From positions 93,496,001 to 93,560,000 of the forward strand of contig OX597817.1 of NCBI GenBank assembly GCA_951406725.2: 64,000 nt of DNA, given 5' to 3'. Below the pieces are notes generated by a model that did not search any database, was not told the origin of the DNA, and saw only the letters and a list, made by a program, of their open reading frames with translations. This document shows, piece after piece, positions 24,795 through 37,993 of this stretch. Numbering within the stretch: the stretch's first letter is position 1; each line of letters starts with the position of its first letter. Position numbers and translations under genes: made by a program. Source of the stretch: Octopus vulgaris. Its lineage: Eukaryota.

Positions 24795-26130
24795 TAATGT
24801 TCTAGATTTGCTTACAGTAGTAAGTTGAGTATTAGATTAAGTGAACCAAACTATTTATAGTTAAGTTGGGAACCATATATAGACAGTCTGACCAGTCTGG
24901 CTAGCATTAAGAGTGCTCACCATGACTATAAGCAGAAAATAATTGAGCTAGAAACAGCAGCCAAATCAAACCCGACCATCTTAAAACATCAAGGACAATT
25001 GGATAATGCAATATTAAATACACTGAATGTCTGAGGTCATAGGTCTACTGGATTAGAGCTGACAAAAAACTAAACAACAACCAAATACTTATAGTGGATT
25101 TGAACTTATGACTTCTCAGTTGATAGCACATTTACTTTCTTTTTTTTTTCTTTTTTTTTGTTACTTAATTTTGTGTAGTTGTTTGTGAATGGTGAATAAT
25201 ATTTTAGAAGTTTCTAAATATTCATCTGTCAGTCTACCTCTTTGTCAAACAGGATCACAAATAATTTGGTACAACTGGGAAAACAAGCATGAAAATATTT
25301 AATGATAATAAATGCTGTGTGGAAATGTTTATTACTTTCTTTTCTCATATCTTAAGGCAGCAAAATGGCAGAGTTGTTAACACACTGGGCAAAATGCTTA
25401 GTGACATTTTGTCTGTCTTTATGTTCTGAGTTCAAATTCTACCAAGGTTGACTTTGCCTTTCATCCTTTCAGGGTTGATAAAATAAGTACCAGTTGAGGA
25501 CTTACCCACTCATCTGAAATTGCTGGCCTTGTGTCAAAATTTGAAACTAATATTTTCACATATCTCTTTACATACATATGCACATGTTTACATTCACACA
25601 CACATTTACATATCTATTTACACATTCTTTAACACACACACATCTGGTACAGTGCAGCTGCTATGTATAGACATCTTGGACCAAATCCCAAGAAAAGCCT
25701 AAATTGATTGGCATTAAATCACACATTCCAGTCTCTGACCCACAGGCATGTTGCCACTATAATAGTCAGTGCTCCTCTGAGTTGATTCATCACTCAGGCA
25801 CTCCCAACTGACTTATTTCTCCATCTCTTGGTCACCCTTGTTATATTCCCTCCCATTTGAGGCACTGCATGTCCATGTCCTTCCATCACTGAATGTCCAC
25901 CCATTTGAATCTTCTCTCTGTTCATGTCTTTCCTTAAGTGTTCACTTGCAAGTTTAAACAAAACATTAATGGTATCACTTTCACCAGTCTTAGAGGGCCT
26001 GTAAAGGTCATAGAACTGCTCCGTCTTCCAGACATTGCAATTAAAAAAAACCCCAAATCATACATTCACTCACACACACATTTGTACATATTCTTTTACA
26101 TGTATACATTAATCTTTTTCTGATTTGCAG

Positions 26131-26260
26131 ATTGGCCATGTTGCTTGTGGTTATGGTTTTACATTATTCCAGTCTAGTTTACAAGGTTCCTCTGTACTTC
26201 TTGGCACTGGTATTAACACTGATTCACAAATTGGATGTTATCAAATGCAGAAGGACTCGG
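26131..26260 (+). CDS. RCC1L: RCC1L coding exon 3 (IGHVACGYGFTLF...GTGINTDSQIG...)
   Basis: tttgcag acceptor and gtaagt donor; ACGYGFT and G.NTDSQ.G motifs typical of RCC1L. Confidence 0.92.
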
Positions 26261-26783
26261 GTAAGTCAGCAACTATCTGGCTGCTAGTTATACACTAAAA
26301 TGTTATCTTACCAGTGGTTACAGTTTAGAATATTGAATAACTCATACATCAAAACAAAGAAATGTAAATTAAAAACATCATTTTAAACACTGTGAATGTA
26401 AGTAATAAATATTCTAGAAAATTTAGTCTATAGAATAATGCAGATTCATAGAGATTGAAGTATATTTCAATTTTCCAAAGCTTGTACATATATTTACCTT
26501 TCTATATGTGTCTGTGGGCACATATGAATGAATGAGTGAACTGCTAAGATTTCGACTGTAGAATGGTATCAAACTAGTTGGAGACAGTTGAAAAAATTGT
26601 GTTGATAATTAAGTTAATGACTATTTTCTCATTTAAACAGGTGTAAATTTAAGTAATTAAATCATCTTGGTTTACTTCATTAAGTATTTTAGCACTAGCT
26701 ACTTATTTTTTTAGTCCACCAGGATAGGTATTTAATATTTAGGTAGGAGAGGTAGAAGTACTAGTCAAAATATTGCTATAAAG

Positions 26784-27038
26784 CAGTGGTTCTCAACCAT
26801 TCTTTAGCTATTAACCTCTTTGATCCCTACTTTACTGGGGTAGACCTTCAAAATCATTCAATTTCTAAAAAAATTCCATTATATTTTTATAATTAAATAT
26901 TAATAGGAATTGCATTAAAACATTGTTAGAATATTTTGTGTATTGTAGAAGTATAACCAATTTGTTGTGCATAAATTTCAACAGCAAAATCTTATTTGGA
27001 TCCCCAAGGGTCATATGGACCCTGGTTGAGGACCACTG
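26784..27038. mobile_element. hAT (Charlie-like) MITE
   Basis: TIRs cagtggttctcaacc / ggttgaggaccactg; 8-bp TSD ctataaag / ctttaaag. Confidence 0.85.
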
Positions 27039-27317
27039 CTTTAAAGTTTAGTTTTTCTATAATGTAATTGAAATAACATTTTTTGGAAACCTATAATGGT
27101 GGTCACATTGGTAAAGATAAGTTTGAAACATTGGATAGAAGTGGTGGTGGCGGCAATGGTAGCAGCATGAAGAAAATTCTGATATTTTGGACGGGAACTT
27201 TAGAGGATTGAAGAGAAATCACTACACTAAGTTAGAGAGAATGCCGGAGGAGAAGGGTGCCGAAATGAAGTGTCATTTCACAAGCTGTATTTAGATGAAG
27301 TGTTTCTCTATTTGTAG

Positions 27318-27446
27318 ATAGATTCCTTGATTACATAATTGAACCCACAAACATTGAAATACCTTTTCTTCATCAAACTAAGACGAAAATTATAGGAATG
27401 GCTGGTGGCCGGGCACATACAATCATTCTCACTGATCAAGAAGGTG
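27318..27446 (+). CDS. RCC1L: RCC1L coding exon 4 (DRFLDYIIEP...MAGGRAHTIILTDQEG)
   Basis: tttgtag acceptor and gtaagt donor; GRAH RCC1 repeat motif; phase 1 to 1. Confidence 0.92.
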
Positions 27447-27785
27447 GTAAGTGTGTTTGTTCATTCATTCATTCTTCTTCTTCCTCTCCTTCCTCTCTTC
27501 TCTTTCAGCTTCTTCTTCCTCTTTCTCCCCTTCACTTTCCTCTCCTCCTCTTTCTCCTCTCCTCTTTCCCCTCCTCCTCTTTCTCCCTTTACCTTCTCTC
27601 CTTTCCTCTTCTTTTTTGTTTGCTTCTTCTTATTGGTAAAAATGCTCTGTGTTATTTGTTCCACAAATGGTAAAGTACCAGTTAAGTACTGAGGTGGATG
27701 GTATTGCCTAAACCCCCGTCAGAATTGCTGGCCTTGTGCTTAAATAAAAAACAAAAATTATTATTATTATTATTATTATTATTAT

Positions 27786-28030
27786 TGAGTGAGAGAGCAG
27801 TTCATGCCATCAAAGTGACACTGGGGTAAAATATACGAAGCCCAATATACCCATCATGACTACCCGTCTGATAAAGGTACACCAGGCACATGCATCACAA
27901 CCATATGTGCGCGACATGGTGATCTCATATCAAGATAAACAGCACATGACCTTGCAGGTGGGGCCCAGTTAGAATTTTCTTCAGGTTGAGTAGCCCATCC
28001 CGCTCAAACGGTCCCTGAATAAGGGTTGTT
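27786..28030 (-). repeat. Interspersed repeat embedded in (ATT)n, truncated copy
   Basis: Near-identical to 28707-28950; both copies begin directly after ATT tracts. Confidence 0.7.
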
Positions 28031-28037
28031 ATTATTA

Positions 28038-28088
<51 letters not shown>

Positions 28089-28475
28089 CTATTCTGTCAA
28101 GGTCAACTTTGCCTTTCTTCCTTTTGGTGTTGAGAATAACAGTGAAACACTGGGGTCAATATAATCAACTAGTCCCCTCCCCTAAAATTTCAGGCCTTCT
28201 GCCTTCAGCAGAAAGGATTATTATTATTATTTTATTATTTTATGTTTGACTTTTGCTTTACGTTTGTACAAGTTGGCTCCAAGTCTCACCCAGAGACCTT
28301 AAGAAACGAGTTGGAAGTTCATCATGGTGTTATGCTTAGGTTGCCTTATATTTGGTTTTGTACATAGTGTTGTTCTAAAGAATGTTTAAGAATTATTATC
28401 ATTATTATTGTTATTATTATTATTATTATTAGTAGTAGTAGTAGTAGTTGTAGTAGTAGTAGTAGTAGTAGTAGT

Positions 28476-28706
28476 AAGGCAGTGAGCTGGCAGAATTGAT
28501 AGCACACCGAGCAAAATGCTTAGCGGTATTTCATTCATCTTTATGATCTGAGTTCCAGTTCTGCCGAGGTCGACTTTGCCTTTCATCCTTTTGGGGTTGA
28601 TAAATTAAGTATCAGTTAGATACTGGGGTCGATGTAATCAACTTACCCCCTCCCCCAAAACTTCAGGCCTTGTGCCTTTAGTAGAAAGGATTATTATTAT
28701 TATTAT
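28476..28706 (+). mobile_element. tRNA-derived SINE family B, near-complete copy (others at about 60-270, 2650-2830, 3880-4055 minus, 25355-25550, 28095-28220, 29345-29900)
   Basis: ggcagtgagctggcagaat...gagttc(a)a B-box-like...gtcgactttgcctttcatcc...gataa.taagtaccag core with an ATT tail, repeated many times. Confidence 0.8.
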
Positions 28707-29265
28707 TGAGTGAGAGAGCAGTGCATGCCATCAAAATGACACTGGGGTAAAATATACGAAGCCCAATATACCCATCATGACTACCTGTCTGATAAGGGTA
28801 CACTAGGCACATGCATCACAACCATATGTGCGCGACATGGTGTTCTCATGTCAAGATAAACAGCGTATGACTTTGCAGGTGAGGCCCAGTTAGAATTTTC
28901 TTCTGGTCGAGTAACCCATCCTACTCAAAAGGTCCCTGAATAAGGGCTGTTTAAGGATGTTGAATGAAACATCCATGTTTCCAGAGGTGAATTATTAAAA
29001 CCCCAAAGAATCCCTCTCAACACATGGCTATGATGCTTCCCCACTACTTCTGCTCGTGATCAGAGATGCACATATCGTCAGTCACTAAGAGACATGCTCA
29101 ACTGGTTAAGGTCAAACAACTGACAAGCAAATCTATGGTATTGAGCAGAATATTTGCTGTAGCTCATCTTTTATACCAAGACAAAACAATCTACATGATA
29201 ACACTTCCAATCAGTTAAGATCAGAAGCCATGAGAGCCACTGCCTGGTACTGCATCAGGACATTT
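28707..29265 (-). repeat. Interspersed repeat (likely non-LTR 3' end with AAT tail) in (ATT)n
   Basis: Flanked by ATT/GTT microsatellites; second copy at 27786. Confidence 0.65.
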
Positions 29266-29284
29266 GTTATTGTTGTTGTTGTTG

Positions 29285-29317
<33 letters not shown>

Positions 29318-29689
29318 GTAGTAGTAGTAGTAGTAGTAGTAGTAGATTGACAGAATCATGAGCATCTGACAAGATGTCTTACAATGTAAGTACAAGTCAA
29401 ATACTGGGGTCAATATAACTATCTAATTATTTTCTCTTGAAGTTACTGGGCTTGTGCCTTAGATAAGAAATTATTAAGGTCACCGATTAGGGAAATTATT
29501 AGTTGCAGCTCTTTACATTCTGAGTTCAGATCCTGCTGAGGTCAAGTTTGCCTTTCATCTGCTTCAAGGAGAGAGAAAGAAAGAGAGAGAGTGGGGGAGA
29601 TTTGACTAAAATACTCCCTTGAAAAATTTCTGGCCTTGTTTCTCTGTTAAAAATGATCATTGTTATCATCGTCGTCGTCGTCGTCGTCG

Positions 29690-29732
<43 letters not shown>

Positions 29733-31657
29733 GAAATGTCAAAAACAGAAATGTGTTGGATTAAAGGATTTGCAGTGTTTACTTTCTGAGTTCAAACCAT
29801 ACCAGGCACATTTGTGTGTGTCATCCTTTAGAAGTCAGTAAATACCAGTTAATCATTGAGGATTAATGTAAACACTTATACCCTTCTCTAAACTTTGTTA
29901 TTGTGTGTATTGTTAGTGGAGTTGTGAGAGGGATGGATGATAGGAGAGGTCATTCAACTAGACTATGATGTTGTCATGGTTACTGGCCCTCTCCATCCTC
30001 CAGTTTCAGGGCACTTATTTGTAATACATTTCTATTTGTATATATATTTCATTATATATAATCTTTACATCTGTTGTCATCATCATCATCACCATCAACA
30101 TAATCATCATTTTCATCAAAATGCTTTAGCTTTATCAACTTCTTTTCCATGCTGGTATGAGCTGGCCAGATTGTCACAATCTGAGTCAGTTCTTATTTAA
30201 ACTTAATGGTCTCTTAGACAAGATGTGAGGATCATATTATACTTTTAGTGAGGTTTCTATGTTTGGATGCCCTTCCTAACATCAACCACTTTACAAAATG
30301 TGATGAGTGCATTTTAATGTCACAGAAACACTAAGGAGGTTGTCATATCCTTGGGAGGATGAAACAGTTCTCTTTACTCTGTTGTTATCTCTGTCTGTTT
30401 GCCCTCCAGTATCAGGAAGTCATTTTATCTTTTATATATCTAAGTATATATATATACACACACACACACAATGTGTGTACTTTATTCTACATGCCTTCAC
30501 TTCATCACCTAGCTGTCATAGATAAATAAGTAGCAGTTCAATAGGGAATAAGTTACCTCATCCACTGCAGGAGAATACATATCTCTCATCTACTTTACAC
30601 CTGAAATATGAGTTAAGAAGTAGCCCTTAAAAAGTAGTCTACAGCTACTTGGATGAGATCTGTGGAGTTTACTTCAGCTCTGGAGATAAGAAAGAGGTGA
30701 TATGTTGTAGAAATTAAGGGATCTTTTGAACTTTCCTCCCCAGTTGTCTCTTTCCCGCAGCAGCTTAAGTTGAACACTAATGGAATCAGTCTCAAAAGGT
30801 CTGTGAAGCTTATGGACATTTATTTCCCTCCAAACCCAGTAAGTTAAAAATAAAATTATTGCCCTTGGTACTTATAGATTATATTTGATATTTGCTCTTC
30901 AGTATGAAATAATGCCAAGTTGTGAGCATTGACAATGAAAGAACCTCTGTATAGTCACTTGGCATGCTAGAAGTGGAAGCTAAATCTCCCTCAAGTCATG
31001 CCTTACTGTCTTAAAAGATAAACAATATCATAAGTAATATAATCTCAGATACTGTCTGAAAAAAAAATGAAAAAAAAAATGTTTGGTGAAGATGCAGGCA
31101 TGGCTAAGTGGTTAAGAAGTTCGTTATAAAACCACATTGTTATGGGTTTGTTTCTCTGTGTGGTACATTAAGTGTCTGCTACCATAGCTGCTTATTGGTG
31201 CTTTGTGACTGAAATTTGGGAAATGGAAACTGTGTAGAAGCCTGTCATATCTATCTTTCTGTTTGTCTGTCTGTACATATGTATGTGTGTGTATGTATGT
31301 GTACATATGTATGTATCTTTTGTCAATGTATATTGGTGAAGACATACACACATGCACTCTCTCTCCCTCTCCCCCTCTTGTGCATCAGGGAAAACATGAT
31401 AAACTGGTGTGTTTGAAAAAAACGTATTTTGTTGTAGTTGTTTCACCTAAATAGAGCGAATACTTATGTCATTAGAAAAAACACCTTTGATCATAAAGCT
31501 GTTGGATTGTTGTTGACCTCAGGTTCAACAACAAAAAACAAAAAAAAACCTGGTTATCTAATTTATCTTTTCAATAATTATACCAACACTTTCTTTTTTA
31601 ATATTTCTCTTATTTTGTTTATAACTTTATTTTGTTTCTCCTCTTCCTCCTGTACAG

Positions 31658-31724
31658 TGTTCAGTCTTGGTAACAACTCATTTGGTCAGTGTGGTCGACC
31701 GATTGTAGAAACAGAAAAATACAG
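31658..31724 (+). CDS. RCC1L: RCC1L coding exon 5 (VFSLGNNSFGQCGRPIVETEKY)
   Basis: Pyrimidine tract with tacag acceptor and gtaact donor; GNN.FGQCG RCC1 motif; phase 1 to 2. Confidence 0.92.
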
Positions 31725-32377
31725 GTAACTTGCATATTTTTCTCTTCTCTCCCTTCTTCTCTGGTCACCCCTACTGTGTTACTCTTCCCTATTGTGTCCT
31801 TTCCACTCATTAATCTGTCATCCTCTTCTCAGTAGTCTGATTCTAGAAACAGAAAAATACAAGTAACATACATTTTTCTCTTCCTATCAAGTGACACTAA
31901 CCATTTTCCAATCTTTCCCTCCTAAATTCTCAATCCTGTGAAATCATCAGCCATATTGATTTCTCTAACCTAGGGCTAGAGAAAACATTGATGATGACCA
32001 GTGTTCTGTCGAGTGTTTTTGCTGTGGATGTGTGCAGAAATTTGCATTGTGAGATATTTGTATAGAAATTGTTGCTTCTTTTAACACCTGGATGTTTATC
32101 TTTATAATGCTAACCATTCTGTTCATCTTTGCACAATATATAGGTACAAGCAGCCCCCATGTTACAGAAGTATTGCACTTCAGAAAAATCTTACTGTAAT
32201 GTGGAGATCTGTCATATGAAATATATTTTCTATTGATTTTCATGTTAAATAGAAATCAAAGGAAAAAATCTCAGTTTATGGAACTTCATGTTAACACAAT
32301 ATTTTCATGAATAGAATATTTTCATAATGTGGACTATATCTGTAGTACATATTGCAGCATTAATTCATTACATAGCC

Positions 32378-32500
32378 TTCTTACATAATCTGTACCAAGC
32401 TTTAATAATACAGGGCTACCACAGCCCTCTTACATAATCTGTATCTAACTTTAATAATATATGACTACCACTCTTACATTGTCTGTATCTAGTTTTAATA
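32378..32500 (+). repeat. Tandem repeat of about 3 x 45-50 bp
   Basis: cttacataatctgta.c.a..tttaata recurs three times. Confidence 0.7.
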
Positions 32501-33799
32501 CTGCAAAGTTATCTTTTACTTATTTTAGTCATTAGACTGCAGCCATGCTGGGGCATCACCGTGAAGAACTTTTTTGGTTGAGTGATCTAGCTCCAGTACT
32601 CTTTTTTTTAAGCCCGGTTTTTATTCTATCAGTCTCTTTTGCTGAACTGCTAAGTTATGAGGGACGTAAACACACCATCAGTTATCAGGTTGTGGTAAAG
32701 GACAAACACATACACACACATGCACGCACACATGCATGACAGGTTTCTTTCATTTTTTTCTACTATATCCACTCACAAGGCTGTGGTCAGCCTGAGGCTA
32801 TAGTAGAAGACATTTGCCAAAGGTGCCACACAGTGGCAGTGGGACAGAGCCTGGAACCATGTGGTTGGTAAGTGAGCTTCTTACACAGTCATGGCTGTTA
32901 CCATATTTTTCTTACATAAATTTTACTTTAATAAATGCAGAGCTATTATAACTTTCTTAAATAGCCTCCACCTAACTTCGCTCCTAAATTTAATGATTTT
33001 TTTTTTAGATAATCATCAGTGTGTTCAGTATCACAGAATGTCCCCAAAATCAACAATCTATAATAACAAATGCTAAAGAGAATGTCAGCGTGTCATACTT
33101 TTTCAGCTTTACTCTTCCGACCCTATCTCTCACTATTCAGTGACACTTCTACTATTCCTCATGCTTTACTCCTCTCTCACTATTCAATGACTCTTCTACT
33201 ATTCTTCATTCTTGTTTTTTTTAAACCCTAACATTTAGGAAAAAAATATTTCTGTAAATGTTATAACTATTTCCGAAAGTAATTTCCAAAATAAACATTT
33301 TGAAAAAAATCTTTCTCTAAATATTATAACTGTATCAAGTAATTTAACCATAACATGTACTTCATAACATTATGAACTGAAATACGTATTGAACTCACTC
33401 TCACATACAATATTATCTCTCATAACCCTCTACCATAAAAATATTAGAAACTTTTTTCAGATATTAATACAATTTGTTGGACCTATTTTCATGCCATCAG
33501 CCGTTGGAGCTATGGAAACTTAGCACCCTCCAATTGCATGAAAATAGATTCGACTAACTTTATTATTACCTTAAAAAAATACTAAATTTCAAACATCTTT
33601 ATGGTCAAATACATTTAGAGCATTTCCAAAACATAAAAATCACACTTTAAAATAGTGTTTAGCAACAGTGGTGTAATTTTCCTTCAAACTACGAACAGGA
33701 GTTTAGTTATGTACCAAGTATTACAAATAATTGTTTGTATGGAAAGTAAGGCTCTACATACATCAAATTGTCTTTAAATTAAGTGGCGGCAGCAGAATT

Positions 33800-34050
33800 A
33801 TCTACATTATTTACATTATTTATGACTGACGGATATTTGTCCTCATCGTGTTTATTGTTAACACGTTTTGGCTGATATCAGGTGTCTTGGGGAAATTTTG
33901 AACCTGGGCTTGAAATTTCCCCAAGACACCTGATGAAGGCTGGAGGGTATATCAGCTGAAATCTGTGTTAAAACAAACAAGATAAGGACAAATATCCATC
34001 AATTGTAAATAATTTAAATAATGTACATAATTCCTTATCTCTTAAATATA
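33800..34050. mobile_element. Palindromic Penelope pLTR-like remnant with hammerhead-like core
   Basis: 33805-33898 is inverted relative to 33912-34030; acac-CTGATGA-aggctgg...tcagct-GAAA-tctgtgt at 33926-33968. Confidence 0.6.
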
Positions 34051-34100
34051 GAACCAGAAGAATTATCGTTGAACTTTTAAAAGGTAAGTTTATTGTTGCC

Positions 34101-34211
34101 TACGGCCAGCTATATGCTGGTTGTTCAAGGGTAGGAAGTGGAAACAAGCTATTTGTACTGACCCCGAATGGGAAGACAAAAAATATTGTTTATCATGCAG
34201 CTTTGCAATAA
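34101..34211 (+). pseudogene. Helitron RepHel / PIF1-type helicase C-terminal fragment
   Basis: Translates to YGQLYAGCSRVGSGNKLFVLTPNGKTKNIVYHAALQ*, matching GQLYV..SRV and T.NIVY motifs. Confidence 0.8.
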
Positions 34212-34305
34212 GTTCCAAGTCGACAAATTATTGTTTTGATGAAAATTGTTCATTATTTGAAAAATATTGTCCAAGTTTAATAAAATTTGATATGTACTCA
34301 ATGCA

Positions 34306-34686
34306 CAGGAGTGGCTGTGTGTTAAGTAGCTTGCTTACCAACCACATAGTTCCGGGTTCAGTCCCACTGTGTGGCACCTTTGGCAAGTGTCTTCTACTAT
34401 AGCCTCGGGCCGACCAAAGCCTTGTGAGTGGATTTTGTAGACGGAAACTGAAAGAAGCCCGTTGTATATATATATATTTGTGTGTTTGTGTGTCTGTGTT
34501 TGTCCATCCCAACATCGCTTGACAACTGATGCTGGTGTGTTTCCGTCCCTGTAACTTAGTGGTTTGGCAAAAGAGACTGATAGAATAAGTACTAGGCTTG
34601 CAAAGAATAAATCCTGGGGTCGATTTGCTTGACTAAAGGTGATGCTCCAGCATGGCCACAGTCAAATGACTGAAACAAGTAAAAGA
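34306..34686 (+). mobile_element. tRNA-derived SINE family A, full copy with internal (TA)n(TG)n (others at about 1670-2560, 4960-5500, 31095-31250, 32510-32900 minus, 38110-38230 minus, 41440-45520 split, 58995-59180)
   Basis: A-box-like tggctgtgtg.taag and B-box-like gggttcagtccc head; conserved body and tail tgactgaaacaagtaaaaga. Confidence 0.85.
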
Positions 34687-35040
34687 GTAATGCATGAAGT
34701 GTCATTATTGGGTCCAAGGCCCAATGAAGAGCCCTCCACAGGAGCTAGCTTGAAAGCTGCCCCTACCGGGCTAGTAAGGAAATATGTTGTTCTCTCTAAC
34801 AGTATTATTTTCTTGTGGAAAATATTGATGTCTTTTTTTTTTTTAGAGGGAGAAAAAAACACGCTTTGGTTAATTATTTCTTCCATGATGTGATTAACAT
34901 GATAACAATGGCAATTCTGATGAAAAGTCTTTAGTTACCCAAAGTATTGTATTTATGATCTAAAACTTCTATTTCTTATCCAGAATCTGTTAATGTCTTC
35001 AGCTTTACAAATATATAAATATATTTGTTTTTCTATTCAG

Positions 35041-35092
35041 AGGCAGTTCCACCATCACTAAAATTAGACACCTGCCTGATAACATAAAAGAG
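35041..35092 (+). CDS. RCC1L: RCC1L coding exon 6 (RGSSTITKIRHLPDNIKE)
   Basis: ttctattcag acceptor and gtattt donor; 52 nt bridges phase 2 to phase 0 exactly as required. Confidence 0.8.
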
Positions 35093-37099
35093 GTATTTAT
35101 TTTATTGTTTTCTACCTTTTATTTAATGTATATGCATGTGTGTATATGTGTATGAATGTTTGTGTGTGTGTATAGAAATTTTCTTAGCCCCCTTCTGTTT
35201 ATTATAGGACAGGACACCTCTTGTTCTGCTTCTATGATAAAATGCACCCAGTATATCATGTAAAGCTGTTGGTGATGGGAAGAGCTTCACACTATAGGAA
35301 CTATGACAAACCTAATGTCTGAGTCAAACAAGTTCCTCTGAACCATCTAGGAGGTCAATAACTCTGAAATAGAACTAAATAAGACTGACAATTTGCCTAA
35401 CCCATTCCAGTATGGAAAACAGATATAAAAAAGGATGTTGACCCCCCCTCTCATGCACACACACACACACACAACGCACATGCATGCCTTACATCCATAA
35501 TATCCTAAGCAAGTTTGTGTCTGTCAGAACACTTGTTTTTCCAGCTGGGTTTACCTGTATATATCAAACTATTTAACAGTGAAGTGGCTGTGGAAATGGT
35601 TATGTGTATCTTTTAATTGAATGTCAATATGTGAATAATTTTGTCGTTTCATTATTTTTTTTAAAATTATTCTGTTAGGATCTATTTAATCCCAACTTTT
35701 GAGCTAGTTAGTCATAAAGTGGACATTTAAAGTCACAGAGGGGATGCATTTAAGGCATGAAGCAGGCAGAGATTTTCAGGACATAAAGTGGACTGGAGAT
35801 CATAAAGTAGAGATGGAGTTGTCAGAAGGGTAACAATTTTAAAAGCCTAATGTGAAGATTTTATCTGAGTTAATTCTAGGTTTATTGTGTCCTAAAACAG
35901 TTTGAAAAACATTTGAGATGTAAAGAAAAAATACATTGTCCATTTGTTTCTTTATTGTTGTGAAAACATATTGAGCTTATGGGAACTTGGCAAGTTTTTC
36001 ACTCATAAATTAAATACAAGTGGAACAATGTAATGACTTAGAGAAGTAAATCTCTGTTTATTGTTGTTCTTTTATTACAATCTTTTAAAGATTTTTATAT
36101 TCATTTCTTTTGAAAGCCATATTAACATCTGGCAATATTTTCAGTAACAATCATACAATTCTCAGCTTGATTAGGTTAAGTGTCAATACATTAGACTCTT
36201 TCAGCCTCAGATTGAGTGGATCTTGTAACTTATTGTATTTAATGATTTCACTTTTATGAATTGTACCCAAATCAAATCACCTGTCAGAGCCCAATTCCTT
36301 CAAATCACTCCCATGTTAAGTTTTGATCTCAGCACTGCCAGTTAACAAAACATTTATTAATAATTGAATGTTGCTACTATTAGTGGTTTTTTGTAGAGTT
36401 GGCTGATTGAAGATGTAAATAGCTTGGAATTTTATATTCTAATTTTGACTTACACTTTTATGTTTCTGGGGTCAGTAAAAATAGGTATTGGAATCAATAT
36501 AATTTACTGTTTCCCTGTTCAGTGGCCTTGATCTTACAAAAGAAACCATTGTTACAGTGTTACTCACACGGGTAACAACCTGGTGAACTGGGTCATTTGA
36601 CAGTCAAGCTTCTTGGCCTTAGAAGTTGTGTAGGACAGATGACAAAGTATGAATACTGGATTGTCTTCATCTAGTAATTATCCCTCATGTAGAAATTATC
36701 CTATCAAACCAACTAAAGTTTTGAATCAAACAGCAATTGGATTAATAATTTAATAATTATCACACCAATTAATTAAATATCTTATCTCACAAATTTTTAT
36801 TCATTAGGTCAATATTTAAGTAAGTTATTTTTTACTACAGTTTAAAATAACTTACTTAGAGCTAGGTAAACTTAGCCATTGAGAGCTGTGTTGTCCTTGA
36901 TCATAACAAACTCTTAGCCCATTTGTTGGTTGACCTATTGTCTACTTTGTTACCTCCAGTTACTGTGAAATTGGTACAAGCAAAGGCTTAACCAATAGGG
37001 GTAACTATTGTAATGGGGAAGCACTCCAGTACTGTAACTATTCCAGTGGATTAACCACTCCGAAGAGGTAAGTACTCTACTAGATTGACTACTCCATTG

Positions 37100-37590
37100 A
37101 CATAACAACCTCCTAATGTAAAGACCTATATCAATAAACAACTGATGACTTGGATATGTCCTGGCTGCACATTCAGAAATGAATCTAACTGTCCTCTTGG
37201 GCAAGCATGTGATATATCCTCTGTTGTTTATGAAGCACAGGTATCAGCTATTACAATGGCTAGACAGAGACCAAGCATTATATATGATTCATGGAAGGAA
37301 AATTTAAATCCAGAGACAACAATCATCTTTCAAACTTTAGGCACTTTGAGTAGAGACATGCAAGCCCTCTCAGCATTAATCTAGAAACTTAAAGACAAGA
37401 ACAATCAAGTACATTTCAAATGGAAGATCTTTCCAATTCACAATAACAAAACCTTATATTAATGGGTCAGAAAGATATTCCATATACTCACTTGAAAAAA
37501 AAAAAATCGTAAGACCCTTCAGTGACTGTATAAATACCAGGAGCAAGATTTGTTCTTCATGTCTGCATTTTACAAAATACTTCTTAGTGG
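37100..37590 (+). pseudogene. Degenerate Penelope-like GIY-YIG endonuclease fragment
   Basis: C.FRNESNCPLGQAC.ISSVVYEAQV pattern, followed by frameshifts. Confidence 0.55.
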
Positions 37591-37993
37591 GAATTAGGGA
37601 TAAACAACCATACACATCATAATACATTCCAGTATTGGTTTATGAAATTATTAGTATTTGTAAGACACAGGTTATATTTAGCATGCTGTTAATTATTTCA
37701 TCTTGATTTTTCTGTGTTTTTCTAAATGTGTGTGCTCATTCAAACATGTCTATTATATCAAGTGCAGTTACCAAACTACCTTATTATTTTTACCAGCTTG
37801 ATAGATGCTGGGATAAACTAATATTTCAGCCAGGAAACTCTGGGTAGCTGCATTTTACAAGGTTTATTGTGGTTGGTTATTATTATAATAAATAACTTTA
37901 CTCTCTCAAAACTGAGTGCTGTCTGTCTATCTATCTTTCTGTGTATACATGTGCACACACACACATATACATGCACACACATATACATGCACA

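Noticed and set aside
27165-27295. Coding-looking stretch (HEENSDILDGNFRG...) before exon 4
   Set aside because: No convincing splice sites, it ends in a stop, and the RCC1L model is complete without it.
34306-34380. tRNA gene
   Set aside because: The A/B-box-like head continues into a SINE body and I cannot build a cloverleaf.
34884-34922. C/D-box snoRNA-like ATGATG...CTGA
   Set aside because: Imperfect C box and too short, about 35 nt.
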